Assembly (NCBI GenBank): GCA_963746855.1
Contig: CAVVDC010000008.1
Location: 21,115 to 85,114 of the forward strand
Direction of reading: 5' to 3'
DNA from: an uncultured Chloroflexia bacterium
GTDB taxonomy: Bacteria; Chloroflexota; Limnocylindria; Limnocylindrales; CSP1-4
DNA: 64,000 nucleotides
Under the pieces are notes generated by a model that did no database searches, was not told where the DNA came from, and worked only from the letters and a program-made list of their open reading frames with translations. The translations under genes and the position numbers were made by a program. Positions 35,483-45,103 of this stretch are shown piece by piece (position 1 is the stretch's first letter; each line of letters begins with the position of its first letter).

Positions 35483-36873
35483 CGGGGCCGCTCGAGGGAC
35501 GGCTGGTCGGTCGCCTTATCGGTCTTGGCGTCACCGGTTCGATCGCCGCGTACAAGGCGGTCGAGTTGCTGCGCCTCCTGCGGGCCGAGGGCGCCGACGT
35601 CTCGGTGATGCTCTCGCCGGCCGCGACCCGGTTCGTCGGGGCGCTCTCGTTCGCGGCCCTGTCGCGCCACCCCGTCGAGACCGAGCTGCTCGACCTCCTG
35701 CCCGACGGGCGCATCGGGCACGTCGTGCTCGCCGACTCGGCCGACGCGATCGTCGTCGCGCCGGCGACGGCACACTGGCTCGGTGCCATGGCCAACGGCC
35801 TGGCCGGCGACGTCATCACCGCGACCTGCCTCGCGACCGCGGCGCCGGTCATCGTCGCCCCGGCGATGGACGGCGAGATGTGGGTGCACCCTGCGACCGT
35901 CGCCAACACCACCCGCCTCCGCGACACCTTCGGCTATCGGATCGTCGAGCCGGAGGCCGGTCCGCTCGCCTCGGGCCAGTCGGGGGTCGGACGGCTCGCC
36001 GAGCTCGACTCGATCGTCGACGCCGTGGCCGCCGCCGTGGCCGACCGGCCGGTTCGCGCCCCGGACCCGGCCGCGCGTCCGCCGCTGGTCGGCCCCGGGC
36101 GGGATGCCGACCTCGCCGGCCGGCACGTCGTGGTCACGGCCGGCGGCACGCGTGAATCGATCGACCCGGTCCGGTTCATCGGCAATCGCTCGACCGGAAA
36201 GATGGGCGTGGCGATCGTCCGGGCGGCCGCGGACCGGGGCGCCCGGGTGACGCTGATCGCGGCGAACCTCGAGGTGCCACTCCCCGACGACGATGCCGTG
36301 ACCGTCGTCCGGGTCGAGTCCACCGCGGACCTGCGAGCCGCCCTCCTGCGAGCCACGACGCCGGACGGCGAGCGCTCCGGCTTCGACGCACTCGTCATGG
36401 CCGCGGCCGTCGCCGACTTCCGGCCGACCGGGCCTGCCGATCGCAAGCTCGAGCGGGGCGGTTCGCTGACGCTCGAGCTCGAGCCCACGCCCGACCTGTT
36501 GGCGGAGGTCGCCCGGATCGCTCGAGGCCTCGATACCGAAGGGGCGCGGACTCGCCAGCCACTGACGCCCGAGCCGTACCTCGTCGGGTTCGCCGCCGAG
36601 ACCGGCTCCCTCGATCGAGCCAGGGACAAGCTGCAGCGCAAGGGCGTCGACCTGCTGGTCGCGAACGATGTCGCGGAGGCGGGCTCCGGATTCGGGACCG
36701 ACACGAACCGCGTCCTCATCCTGGAGGCGGACGGCTCGCGGGACGACCTGCCGCTGCTCACCAAGCGGGCGGTCGCGGACGCCATCCTCGATCGCGTCGC
36801 CGTCGCGCTGGACGACCGCGATGCGGCCGCGCAGACTGGAGCGAGCATCGAACCCGCCCGGGAGCCAGCATGA
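35479..36873 (+). CDS. coaBC: Bifunctional PPC decarboxylase / PPC synthetase
   Basis: GVTGSIAAYK, APATA, TAGGTRE.IDPVRFIGNRSTGKMG, AAAVADF, VGFAAET, VANDV. Confidence 0.95.
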   Translation: MTGPLEGRLVGRLIGLGVTGSIAAYKAVELLRLLRAEGADVSVMLSPAATRFVGALSFAALSRHPVETELLDLLPDGRIGHVVLADSADAIVVAPATAHWLGAMANGLAGDVITATCLATAAPVIVAPAMDGEMWVHPATVANTTRLRDTFGYRIVEPEAGPLASGQSGVGRLAELDSIVDAVAAAVADRPVRAPDPAARPPLVGPGRDADLAGRHVVVTAGGTRESIDPVRFIGNRSTGKMGVAIVRAAADRGARVTLIAANLEVPLPDDDAVTVVRVESTADLRAALLRATTPDGERSGFDALVMAAAVADFRPTGPADRKLERGGSLTLELEPTPDLLAEVARIARGLDTEGARTRQPLTPEPYLVGFAAETGSLDRARDKLQRKGVDLLVANDVAEAGSGFGTDTNRVLILEADGSRDDLPLLTKRAVADAILDRVAVALDDRDAAAQTGASIEPAREPA

Positions 36874-37784
36874 GCGCCTCGACCGACACGCCCCGCCGAC
36901 TGACCGTCACCGACATCGCCAAGCGCTACGCCGATGGCGAACGCCTGCCGATGCTGACCGCCTACGACTATCCGACCGCGAAGATCCTCGACGAGGCCGG
37001 CATCCCGCTGCTGCTCGTCGGCGACTCGCTCGGCCAGGTCGTGCTGGGCTACGAGACGACGGTTCGCGTGACGATGACGGAGATGCTCCACCACACCAAG
37101 GCCGTGGTCCGCGGGTCCCAGCGGGCACTGGTCATCGCGGACATGCCGTTCCTCTCGTACGCCGCGCCCGAGGAGGCGCTCGAGAACGCGGGCCTCTTCC
37201 TTCGCGAGGCCGGCGCCCAGGCGGTCAAGGTCGAGGGCGGCGTCCGCAGCGCGCGCATCATCGAGGCGCTCGTCCGGGCCGGCGTCCCGGTCATGGGCCA
37301 CATCGGGCTCACGCCCCAATCGATCAACACCATCGGCAAGCACAAGGTCCAGGGCAAGGACCGCGACCAGGCCCGGGCGCTGCTGGCCGACGCGCAAGCC
37401 GTCCAGGAGGCCGGGGCCTTCTCGATGGTCATCGAGCTCGTGCCGGAGCAACTCGCGGCAGCCATCACCGAGCGGCTGCGCGTGCCGACGATCGGGATCG
37501 GGGCGGGCGCCGGATGCAGCGGCCAGGTCCAGGTCCTCACCGACCTCATCGGGCTCGGCGACTTCGTGCCGAGGCACGCCCGGCCCTACGCCCACATCCG
37601 GGCGGCGATCCTCGAGGCCGCCAAGGCGTATGCCGACGACGTGACGGAGGGGACGTTCCCCGGTCCGGCGGAGACCGTCCGCATGGAGGAGGCCGTCCTC
37701 GACGAGGTCCTGGGTCGCGGCTCGCCGGACCGGCCGGCCAGGTCCATTCCGGTCGGCGGGATCCCGCTCGACCGCGACCTCTGA
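36870..37784 (+). CDS. panB: 3-methyl-2-oxobutanoate hydroxymethyltransferase
   Basis: LTAYD, LVGDS, DMPF, KVEGG, GHIGLTPQ, IGIGAG. Confidence 0.97.
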   Translation: MSASTDTPRRLTVTDIAKRYADGERLPMLTAYDYPTAKILDEAGIPLLLVGDSLGQVVLGYETTVRVTMTEMLHHTKAVVRGSQRALVIADMPFLSYAAPEEALENAGLFLREAGAQAVKVEGGVRSARIIEALVRAGVPVMGHIGLTPQSINTIGKHKVQGKDRDQARALLADAQAVQEAGAFSMVIELVPEQLAAAITERLRVPTIGIGAGAGCSGQVQVLTDLIGLGDFVPRHARPYAHIRAAILEAAKAYADDVTEGTFPGPAETVRMEEAVLDEVLGRGSPDRPARSIPVGGIPLDRDL

Positions 37785-37834
37785 GCGCCGACGCGCCGCC
37801 CGCGGCCGCACTCGGGTCCGTCGGCGACCGGACC

Positions 37835-38671
37835 GTGACCCGGGTCGTGCGCACGCGCGCCGAGCTGCGAGCCGTCCTGGCCGCCGCGCCGCAGCCGATC
37901 GGTCTCGTGCCGACGATGGGCTGGCTCCACGATGGCCATCGAGCGCTCATGGCGCGTGCTCGAGCCGAGGACGCGACGACGGTCGTGACGATCTTCGTCA
38001 ACCCGCGGCAGTTCAACGAGGCGACCGACTACCAGCGCTACCCGCGCAACGAGGCGCGTGACCTGGCGATCTGCGAGGCCGAAGGCGTGGATATCGTCTG
38101 GGCGCCGCCGGTCGAGGAGGTCTATCCGTCCGGCTTCGACACCGTCGTCCACGTCGGCGCGCTCGCCCGTCCGCTGGAGGGCGCCGCCAGGCCGGGCCAC
38201 TTCGACGGGGTCGCGACGGTGGTCGCCATCCTGTTCGGTGTCGTCGGGGCCGAGCACGCCTACTTCGGCCAGAAGGACGCCCAGCAAGTGATGGTCATCC
38301 GGCAGATGGCCCGCGATCTCGCCATCTCGACCGAGGTCATCGCCTGCCCGACCATTCGGGAGCCCGACGGGCTGGCACTTTCCTCGCGCAACGTCCATCT
38401 CACGCCCGACGAGCGACTGGCGGCGGCCGTCATCCGGCGCGCGCTCCGGGCGGCGCGCTCGGCCTGGGAGGCCGGGGAGCGCTCGGGCGACGAACTCCGC
38501 GCCACGATGACCGGCGTGCTGGCCGCAGAGCCGCTGGCCGACGTCGAGTACGTGTCGGTCGCGGACGGGGCGACGCTCGAGGAGCTCACCGACGTGACCG
38601 GGCCGGCGCTCGCCTCGCTGGCCGTCCGGTTCGGCTCGACCCGCCTGATCGACAACGAGCCGTTGGCCTAG
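37835..38671 (+). CDS. panC: Pantoate--beta-alanine ligase
   Basis: VPTMGWLHDGH, FVNPRQF, RPGHFDGV, FGQKDAQQ, GLALSSRN, RLIDN. Confidence 0.96.
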   Translation: MTRVVRTRAELRAVLAAAPQPIGLVPTMGWLHDGHRALMARARAEDATTVVTIFVNPRQFNEATDYQRYPRNEARDLAICEAEGVDIVWAPPVEEVYPSGFDTVVHVGALARPLEGAARPGHFDGVATVVAILFGVVGAEHAYFGQKDAQQVMVIRQMARDLAISTEVIACPTIREPDGLALSSRNVHLTPDERLAAAVIRRALRAARSAWEAGERSGDELRATMTGVLAAEPLADVEYVSVADGATLEELTDVTGPALASLAVRFGSTRLIDNEPLA

Positions 38672-39768
38672 AGCCCCGACTCGGCCGCGGCACCCAGGAT
38701 GCGGTCGATGAACAGGTACTCCCAGACGAGGGCCTTGATCTCCTCGATCTTGCCGTGGTCTGCCGGGTGGGTCTTGACCAGCAGGTCGTGGACCTCGGAC
38801 GCGACCGCGTACGTGTCCTCCGGCACGAGCGTGGCGAACAGGTCGGCCCGACGGATCGACTCGATGACCCGGTCGCTGGGACGGTAGCCGCCGGACAGCA
38901 CGAGCCCGAGCGCGCCCTCGCCCCCCTCCGCGTCACGGTGCGCCCCGACGATCGCGCCGATCACGTCCTCCCGATCGCCCGGGACGATCACCAGGCTGCG
39001 CGCCCCGATGCGCTCGAGCATGTGCTCGGGCTCCATGGCGCCGATCGCGACCCCGCCGATGACCTGGTCGAGGTCTGGGCCGGGGTGGAGCGTCTCCCCG
39101 TGGACCCCCTCGAGGACCATGGCCAGCGTCGGGTTCGAGAGGATCGGCCGGTAGGGCAGGACGCCCAGCAGCGGGATGCCCTGACGGGCAAGCCCCTGTT
39201 CGAGGGTCCGAGCCAAACCGGGCTTCGCGTCGAGATCGACCTTGTTGACGATCGCCCCGGCGACGTGCACGCCCTGCCGTTCGAACAGCGCCGCGTTCAG
39301 GACGATCTCGTCGATCGGCCGGCCGACGCCGCCCTCGGACACGATGACCGCGGGCGCCCCGATCATGGACGCGACCGCGGCGTTCGAGAGCCCGATGACG
39401 GCGCCGACGCCGGCGTGGCCGGTCCCTTCGATCAGCAGGATGTCGCGGTCCTTCGCGAATGCCGCATGAGCCGACCGGATCCGCTCGCCGAGGTCCTCCA
39501 CGACCCGGCCCTCGATGTAGGCCTGCGTGAAGCCCCGCGGGATGTGGACCGGGCTCATCTGGCCGAGCGGCTCGGAGAGCTCGAACACGCTCTTCATCAG
39601 GACCGCGTCCTCGTCCGCGGGCACGCCGTCTTCGATGATCGTCCGCTGGCCGACGGGCTTGACGAAGCCGGTCGAGAGGCCGCGCCGCTGGAAGCCGTCG
39701 AGCACGCCGAGGCTGACCGTGGTCTTGCCACGGTTCTGGCCGGTCGCGGCGAGGTAGACGTGGCGCAT
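38668..39768 (-). CDS. Stand-alone phosphotransacetylase N-terminal-like protein (BioD-like P-loop + DRTGG)
   Basis: NRGKTT, KPVG, IEGTGH, IVNKV, PGDRED; no PTA catalytic domain. Confidence 0.85.
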   Translation of the reverse strand: MRHVYLAATGQNRGKTTVSLGVLDGFQRRGLSTGFVKPVGQRTIIEDGVPADEDAVLMKSVFELSEPLGQMSPVHIPRGFTQAYIEGRVVEDLGERIRSAHAAFAKDRDILLIEGTGHAGVGAVIGLSNAAVASMIGAPAVIVSEGGVGRPIDEIVLNAALFERQGVHVAGAIVNKVDLDAKPGLARTLEQGLARQGIPLLGVLPYRPILSNPTLAMVLEGVHGETLHPGPDLDQVIGGVAIGAMEPEHMLERIGARSLVIVPGDREDVIGAIVGAHRDAEGGEGALGLVLSGGYRPSDRVIESIRRADLFATLVPEDTYAVASEVHDLLVKTHPADHGKIEEIKALVWEYLFIDRILGAAAESGL

Positions 39769-39780
39769 CGGGCGCCCGGA

Positions 39781-40386
39781 TCAGGAGTGAGAGGCGGTCT
39801 TGCGCTCGATCTGCGCGAGGGCATCGCGCAAGCGCGACATCGTCTCGGCGTCGACCGCGTCAGGCTCGAGGTAGGGGCCGAGGCGCTCCATGATGTCGGC
39901 GACCAGGCCCAGGAAGACGCTCGCGTCGGCGACGAAGAACTGCGGCTCGTTGTTGTAGCGCACGAGCGTCAGGCGCCCTTGCAGCACCCTCCGCTCCTCG
40001 ACGTGGGCGATCTGGGTCGCGAAGTTGTGGCCCTGGATGCCGTCGGGGTTGTTCAGGAAGTTCAGGGCGTTGTCGATGGCGAGCCCGAATCGGGCCCGCC
40101 AGGCGACCAGGCGCTCGTGCACCTCGGAGGGGATGCGGACCTCGGCCACCTCGTCGAACACCTCGGGCGGCACGGTCAGCAGGCCGACCAGTGTCGTGCC
40201 GGCGCGCGGGCCGAGCATCACCTGCAGGCTCCGCTCGAGCGTGAACACCTCGGAATCGAAGCGCGGGCTCGTGATGACGTCGGTCAGCAGGTCCTCGACG
40301 TTGTCGAGGATGCCCGGCTCCGCAACGGCGTTCGAGAGGTGGAGGATCTCCTCCTTGAACAGGAACTTCTCTTCGTGGTCGTACAT
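39781..40386 (-). CDS. Hypothetical protein
   Basis: 201-aa ORF with strong codon bias; TGC-TACCAT -10 eight nt before ATG. Confidence 0.7.
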   Translation of the reverse strand: MYDHEEKFLFKEEILHLSNAVAEPGILDNVEDLLTDVITSPRFDSEVFTLERSLQVMLGPRAGTTLVGLLTVPPEVFDEVAEVRIPSEVHERLVAWRARFGLAIDNALNFLNNPDGIQGHNFATQIAHVEERRVLQGRLTLVRYNNEPQFFVADASVFLGLVADIMERLGPYLEPDAVDAETMSRLRDALAQIERKTASHS

Positions 40387-40434
40387 GGGCCGCGATGGTA
40401 GCACCGGGCCGGCGCGCATCCGCGACCGGGGCGG

Positions 40435-41058
40435 TCAGGCCAGGATCTGCTCGATGAGGGTCGCGGTCGTCCAAGCGATGTAGTCCTCGAGCGACCAGCC
40501 GCGCCGCTGGACGAGTCGGCCGTACGACTCTTCGGCGGTCAGGACCCAGGCGATGTCGGCCGCACGCTCGGGATCCAGGCCGTCGCGCAGGGTGCCCGGT
40601 GGCCAGTGGCTGACGGCGTCGGCGAACAGGGCCCGACGGCCGCTCTCACGCTCGAACCAGGCCCCGCCGATCTCCGGGTCGCCGACGCCCTTGCGCAGCA
40701 CCTCGACGAGCTTCGAGTGGGCCGCCCAGAAGTTGCCGGCCGTCTCCGCGAAGACCTCGAGCGCGACCATCGGCGTGCCGCCGCGTTCCACGACCGCCGC
40801 CCGCGCACGCTCGATCGGTCGCTCCGAGTCCACCTGCTCGAGCAGCGCGTCGATGATCCCGCGCTTCGAGCCGACCGACGTGTAGATCGTCTCCGTCGAC
40901 ACACCCGCGGCCGCGGCGATCTGGGCCACCGACGTCACCGGATAGCCGCGCTCCGAGAAGAGCTCGAGCCCCGCATCGAGGATGCGCTGCCGCGTCTGCT
41001 CGGCCTGCGCCTGACGCAACGGCGACCGATATGGACGTTTGACGATGGTGTCACTCAT
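40435..41058 (-). CDS. TetR/AcrR family transcriptional regulator
   Basis: TRQRILDAGLELF...IAAAAGVSTETIY...K helix-turn-helix. Confidence 0.93.
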   Translation of the reverse strand: MSDTIVKRPYRSPLRQAQAEQTRQRILDAGLELFSERGYPVTSVAQIAAAAGVSTETIYTSVGSKRGIIDALLEQVDSERPIERARAAVVERGGTPMVALEVFAETAGNFWAAHSKLVEVLRKGVGDPEIGGAWFERESGRRALFADAVSHWPPGTLRDGLDPERAADIAWVLTAEESYGRLVQRRGWSLEDYIAWTTATLIEQILA

Positions 41059-41082
41059 TTCATTCCAGTATGGTTCAGGTGA

Positions 41083-41099
41083 TTACAGATCAACTGTAA
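41083..41099. promoter_or_regulatory. Candidate TetR operator
   Basis: Palindrome TTACAG-N5-CTGTAA in the AT-rich divergent intergenic region. Confidence 0.6.
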
Positions 41100-41124
41100 C
41101 ACAAGTTACCGAAAGGAGCTCGAT

Positions 41125-41655
41125 ATGTCCGCCATCCAGTCCACCGGGACCCGCCCCCAGCGCCGCGTCGAAGGCGTCGTGCCAGAGCGCCGGCTGCTCG
41201 GAGCGTTCCTCCTCGTCATCGGGACCATCATCGCCACCGGCTTGGTCTCCGACCAGTTCAGCCAGTACACGCTCCTCGCCGTCAGCGCGGCCAGCCTCGT
41301 GGCCTTCGCACTCTCACGCGAGTACGGCTACGCGATCCCGGCCGGCATCACCGGCGGCCTCGGCACCGCTGCGTACGTGATCGCGCACGGCGTCTTCGCC
41401 GCTCCGTACACGCCGGCGGTGTTCTTCCTGTCCATGGCCGGTGGCTTCCTCGCCGTCTGGCTGCTCGGCCTCATCGCCGTTCCGCAGGAGAAGCATCCCT
41501 GGCCCCTCGTTCCCGCCACGGTCCTCGGTGCCTTCGGTCTCGCGTTCGCGGCCGGTCAGCCCGGTGCGATCCAGTGGATCCAGGTCGCCATCGCGGCCGT
41601 GATCATCGTGGCCGGTGCCGGACTCCTGCTGCGCCACGACGGAGCGGCCCGATGA
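41125..41655 (+). CDS. Multi-pass membrane hypothetical protein
   Basis: About 6 hydrophobic segments; AAAGGAG SD. Confidence 0.8.
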   Translation: MSAIQSTGTRPQRRVEGVVPERRLLGAFLLVIGTIIATGLVSDQFSQYTLLAVSAASLVAFALSREYGYAIPAGITGGLGTAAYVIAHGVFAAPYTPAVFFLSMAGGFLAVWLLGLIAVPQEKHPWPLVPATVLGAFGLAFAAGQPGAIQWIQVAIAAVIIVAGAGLLLRHDGAAR

Positions 41656-42434
41656 CGGCGCTACGACGGATCATCGCCCGTTACCCGATCCCCGCGTACC
41701 TCGTCATCGCCTTCGCATTGTCGTGGAGCCTGACGGCTCTCGTCTCGACCTCGATCATGTTCGGTCTGCTGGCCCTCTTCGGGCCGGCGGGCGCGGCCCT
41801 GATCGTCTCGTGGGCGGACGGCACGACCGGCGAGCTGCGCACCCGGATCGGCGCGTGGCGCCGGGCCCCGAGCGCCTACCTCGTCGCCTTCGGCATCCCG
41901 TTCGTCGTCGCCGGAGCGGCCCTCGTCGCCTACATCCTGCTCGGCAACGCCAACCCGGGCCTCGGCTCGATCAGCGCGATCGAAGTCGTCATCTTCGTCC
42001 TCGTCATCGGCGAGGAGATCGGCTGGCGCGGGTTCCTCATGCCGCGGCTGCGCGCTCGCATGGGCATCGCCACTGCTGGCCTGCTGACGGGCGTCATCTG
42101 GACGCTCTGGCACCTGCCGATCTACCTGGCGCCCGACCAGGGCCTCGCGGCCTTCGCCGTCTTCGCCTGGTGGGTCATCCCGCTGGCCGTCGTGATGGGC
42201 TTTGTGGCCGAGCGCGCCAGCTACAGCGTCCTCGTCGCCACGGTCATGCACGGTGCCGCGAACATCGCGACCCCGATCCTGCTCCCCGACGTCGACCACA
42301 CGTGGACGATGCTCGCGACGGGCACGGTCTACCTGCTGCTGGCGGTCACGCTGGTGGTCCGCTCGACGGCCGCGGCTCGGACAGCGGCGCGGCAGGCGGT
42401 GGTCGCCGCCGGTTCCGCGGTGACCACCGCATGA
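41652..42434 (+). CDS. CPBP (CAAX/Abi) family intramembrane metalloprotease
   Basis: EEIGWRG, WTLWH, HGAAN motifs. Confidence 0.92.
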   Translation: MTALRRIIARYPIPAYLVIAFALSWSLTALVSTSIMFGLLALFGPAGAALIVSWADGTTGELRTRIGAWRRAPSAYLVAFGIPFVVAGAALVAYILLGNANPGLGSISAIEVVIFVLVIGEEIGWRGFLMPRLRARMGIATAGLLTGVIWTLWHLPIYLAPDQGLAAFAVFAWWVIPLAVVMGFVAERASYSVLVATVMHGAANIATPILLPDVDHTWTMLATGTVYLLLAVTLVVRSTAAARTAARQAVVAAGSAVTTA

Positions 42435-42478
42435 CCGAGCGAAGGCCGCAGTGGCGGCGCCGGGACCCCGGCAAACCA

Positions 42479-42510
42479 GGAGCCCCGACCGGAAAGCGTC
42501 GGGGCTTCGT
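42479..42510. terminator. Hairpin between convergent genes
   Basis: GAGCCCCGAC/GTCGGGGCTT stem. Confidence 0.55.
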
Positions 42511-42533
42511 GATTCGATGAGGGGATCCGCGAT

Positions 42534-43800
42534 CTACGGGTAAAGCCCGCGCATGTCCATCGCGTCCGCGACGCGCTCCACGGCCAGTAGGTAGGCCGCT
42601 GTTCGCATGTCGCAGGATTCGCGCTCGGCGATCGCGAGCGTCTCATCGAAGGCCTTGGTCATGATCCCGTGGAGCTTCTCGTTGACGACCGTCTCGCTCC
42701 AGTGGTCTCGGTTGAGGTCCTGCACCCATTCGAAGTAGCTGACGGTCACGCCGCCGGCGTTGCACAGGATGTCGGGGATCATGAAGACGCCCCGGCGGAA
42801 CAGTTCGGTATCGGCGTCGGGCGTCGTCGGGCCGTTGGCCGCCTCGGCGATCAGGCGGGCCTTGATCCGCCCGGCGTTGCGGCTCGTGATCTGGTTCTCG
42901 AGCGCGGCTGGGATGAGGATGTCGCAGTCGACCTCGAGGACTTCCGCGTTCGTGATGTCCGTCGCGCCCGGGGAAGCCCTGGACCGTGCCGTGCTCCTGC
43001 TTCCAGGCGACGACCTTGGCGATGTCGAGGCCACCAGGCGCGTGGATGCCGCCGGTCGAATCGGAGACGGCGACGACGGTCGCGCCTTCCTCCGAAACGA
43101 GGCGCGCGGCGATCGAGCCGGCGTTGCCGAAACCCTGGACCGAGACGCGGGCCTTCTTGAGATCCATGCCCAGGTGCCGCGCGGCCTCGACGACGGTGTA
43201 GACGCAGCCGCGGGCCGTCGCCTCATGGCGACCCTCGGACCCGCCCAGGCTGATGGGCTTGCCGGTCACGACGCCCGGGACCGTGTAGCCCTGGTGCATC
43301 GAGTAGGTGTCCATGATCCAAGCCATGACCTGGGCGTTGGTGTTGACGTCCGGCGCGGGGATGTCGCGCTCGGGGCCGATCAGGACCTCGATCTCGGTGG
43401 CGAAGCGCCGGGTCAGGCCCTCGAGCTCCTTTTGGCTGAGCTTCTTGGGATCGACGATGACGCCGCCCTTGCCGCCGCCGTACGGGATGCCGACGACCGC
43501 GCACTTCCAGGTCATCCACATCGCGAGGGCCTTGACCTCGTCGAGGCTCACGTCCTGGTGGTAGCGAAGGCCGCCCTTGGCGGGGCCGCGTCCCAGGTTG
43601 TGCTGGACGCGGTAGCCCGTGAAGACCTGGACCGACCCGTCGTCCATGTGGACGGGGAAGTGGCAGGTGAACTCGCGTCGTGGCTCGCGGAGGACCTGGC
43701 GCAAGCCCGGGTCCATGTTCAGTCGCTCGGCCGCCAGGTCGAACTGTCGCTGGGCGACCTCCCATGGGTTGATCGCGGCGGCGACGTGCTCGGTCGTCAT
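42534..43800 (-). pseudogene. gdhA: Glu/Leu/Phe/Val dehydrogenase (glutamate dehydrogenase) with a +1 frameshift
   Basis: GPAKGG, GGGKGG, PAPD, QGFGNAG in one frame; [24 protein letters not shown] in the next frame; switch at about 42968-42974; may be a sequencing error. Confidence 0.85.
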
Positions 43801-44122
43801 GAAGAAGGAGACCTCAGTGTCGGGCGGCGCTTTGGCGCCACCTCGTCGTTTGGGTCGTCTCCCGGACGACCCCACGGGGCGCGGCGGCGGCGGCGAAACG
43901 ACCTTCGATGTGGTCCTGCCGGCCAGACGACGCGCGACTCATGCGCCGCCGAGTATATCCCGAGAGACCCTCTGGTCGCCTGCCCGATGGTACCGGTCGG
44001 CAAGGTTGCCGCAACCCTGGCGCAACCTCCGTTCGAGGCGAGCGGCTCGAGACGGCTTACATTGGCGAACCTGGGAGCTCAGTGAACGGAGGTTCAGGAC
44101 GACTCGGTCGACCGTCGGCATC

Positions 44123-44428
44123 GTGCTGATCGCCGTCGCGCTCGCGATGAGTGGATGCATCGGAGGGCCACCGCACACGCCGGGTCCGACCCGTGACCCC
44201 GCGTCGAGCGCGTGCGGCCGGGCGTTCGTTGCTGCCGCTGCGGCGGACGGCGACGACCTGAGCGATCTCTATCCGGTCGTCAGGGCGTGCCGCAGCCCCG
44301 GCGAGTGGATCGAGTTCTTCGTGGCGACGGAGGGTGGAGGGTTCTCGGGATCACCCGAGGCTGTCCTGACCGAGGTCTGCCGGGAGCCAGCGGTCGCTGC
44401 AGAGCCGCTCTGCGTTGCGGCGCGATGA
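44123..44428 (+). CDS. Small putative lipoprotein with Cys-rich domain
   Basis: Hydrophobic stretch plus lipobox-like AMSGC, then four further Cys; start codon uncertain. Confidence 0.45.
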   Translation: MLIAVALAMSGCIGGPPHTPGPTRDPASSACGRAFVAAAAADGDDLSDLYPVVRACRSPGEWIEFFVATEGGGFSGSPEAVLTEVCREPAVAAEPLCVAAR

Positions 44429-44441
44429 AGCCCCCGGTACG

Positions 44442-45095
44442 TCAGGCGACGGGGCGCTCGAAGAGCGACAGCTGCCAGATCAACGTCGTCCGGTGCACGC
44501 GCCTCACGAGGCCGTGGTCGGCCAGGATCGCCTCGACGTCGGCGGTGCGGTGGACATAGGCGCGGAACGGCGATCGGATCAGGCGGCTTCGGGCGTTGAG
44601 GATCGTGATACCGACGCGGCTGAGCCACGTATCCCGCGGATAAACGAGGCCGTACCGACGACGGGCCAGGCTCGCCGATCGACCGACAAGCGACGCCATG
44701 TCCGGATAACAGCAGATGACCCGGTCGAGGGCCACGAGATCGGCCGGGGCGACCTTCGACGCGACCGCGACGAAGTCGCCGGCGACGTACTCCACGCGGT
44801 CCTCATGACCCTGCCGGACGGCCTCGTCACGAGCGGCCGAGATGTAGGCGCGGGAGGCGTCGACATCGACAGCGGTGGCGGCCCCAGCCCGCAGCAGCTC
44901 GTGGTGGACCGCGCCGACCCCGCCGCCGATGTCGAGGACGGTCTGTCGTTCGAGCCCGTCCGCGGCCAGCGCGTCGATCAGGGCGCGCGTCATCCGCGCC
45001 GGTCCCGACCGACGGTAGTTGCGCAGCTGTCGATCGGCATGGCGCGCATCGAACTGTCGATCGAATCGAGGGTCGTCCGGCGAGCAGCAGGTCAA
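44442..45095 (-). CDS. Class I SAM-dependent methyltransferase
   Basis: VLDIGGGVG, VDAS, GDF, DRVICCY; TTG start. Confidence 0.85.
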   Translation of the reverse strand: MTCCSPDDPRFDRQFDARHADRQLRNYRRSGPARMTRALIDALAADGLERQTVLDIGGGVGAVHHELLRAGAATAVDVDASRAYISAARDEAVRQGHEDRVEYVAGDFVAVASKVAPADLVALDRVICCYPDMASLVGRSASLARRRYGLVYPRDTWLSRVGITILNARSRLIRSPFRAYVHRTADVEAILADHGLVRRVHRTTLIWQLSLFERPVA

Positions 45096-45103
45096 GGAAC
45101 GTC

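Noticed and set aside
44442-45095. bchM (Mg-protoporphyrin methyltransferase) assignment
   Set aside because: Only generic class I methyltransferase motifs, and no photosynthesis genes nearby
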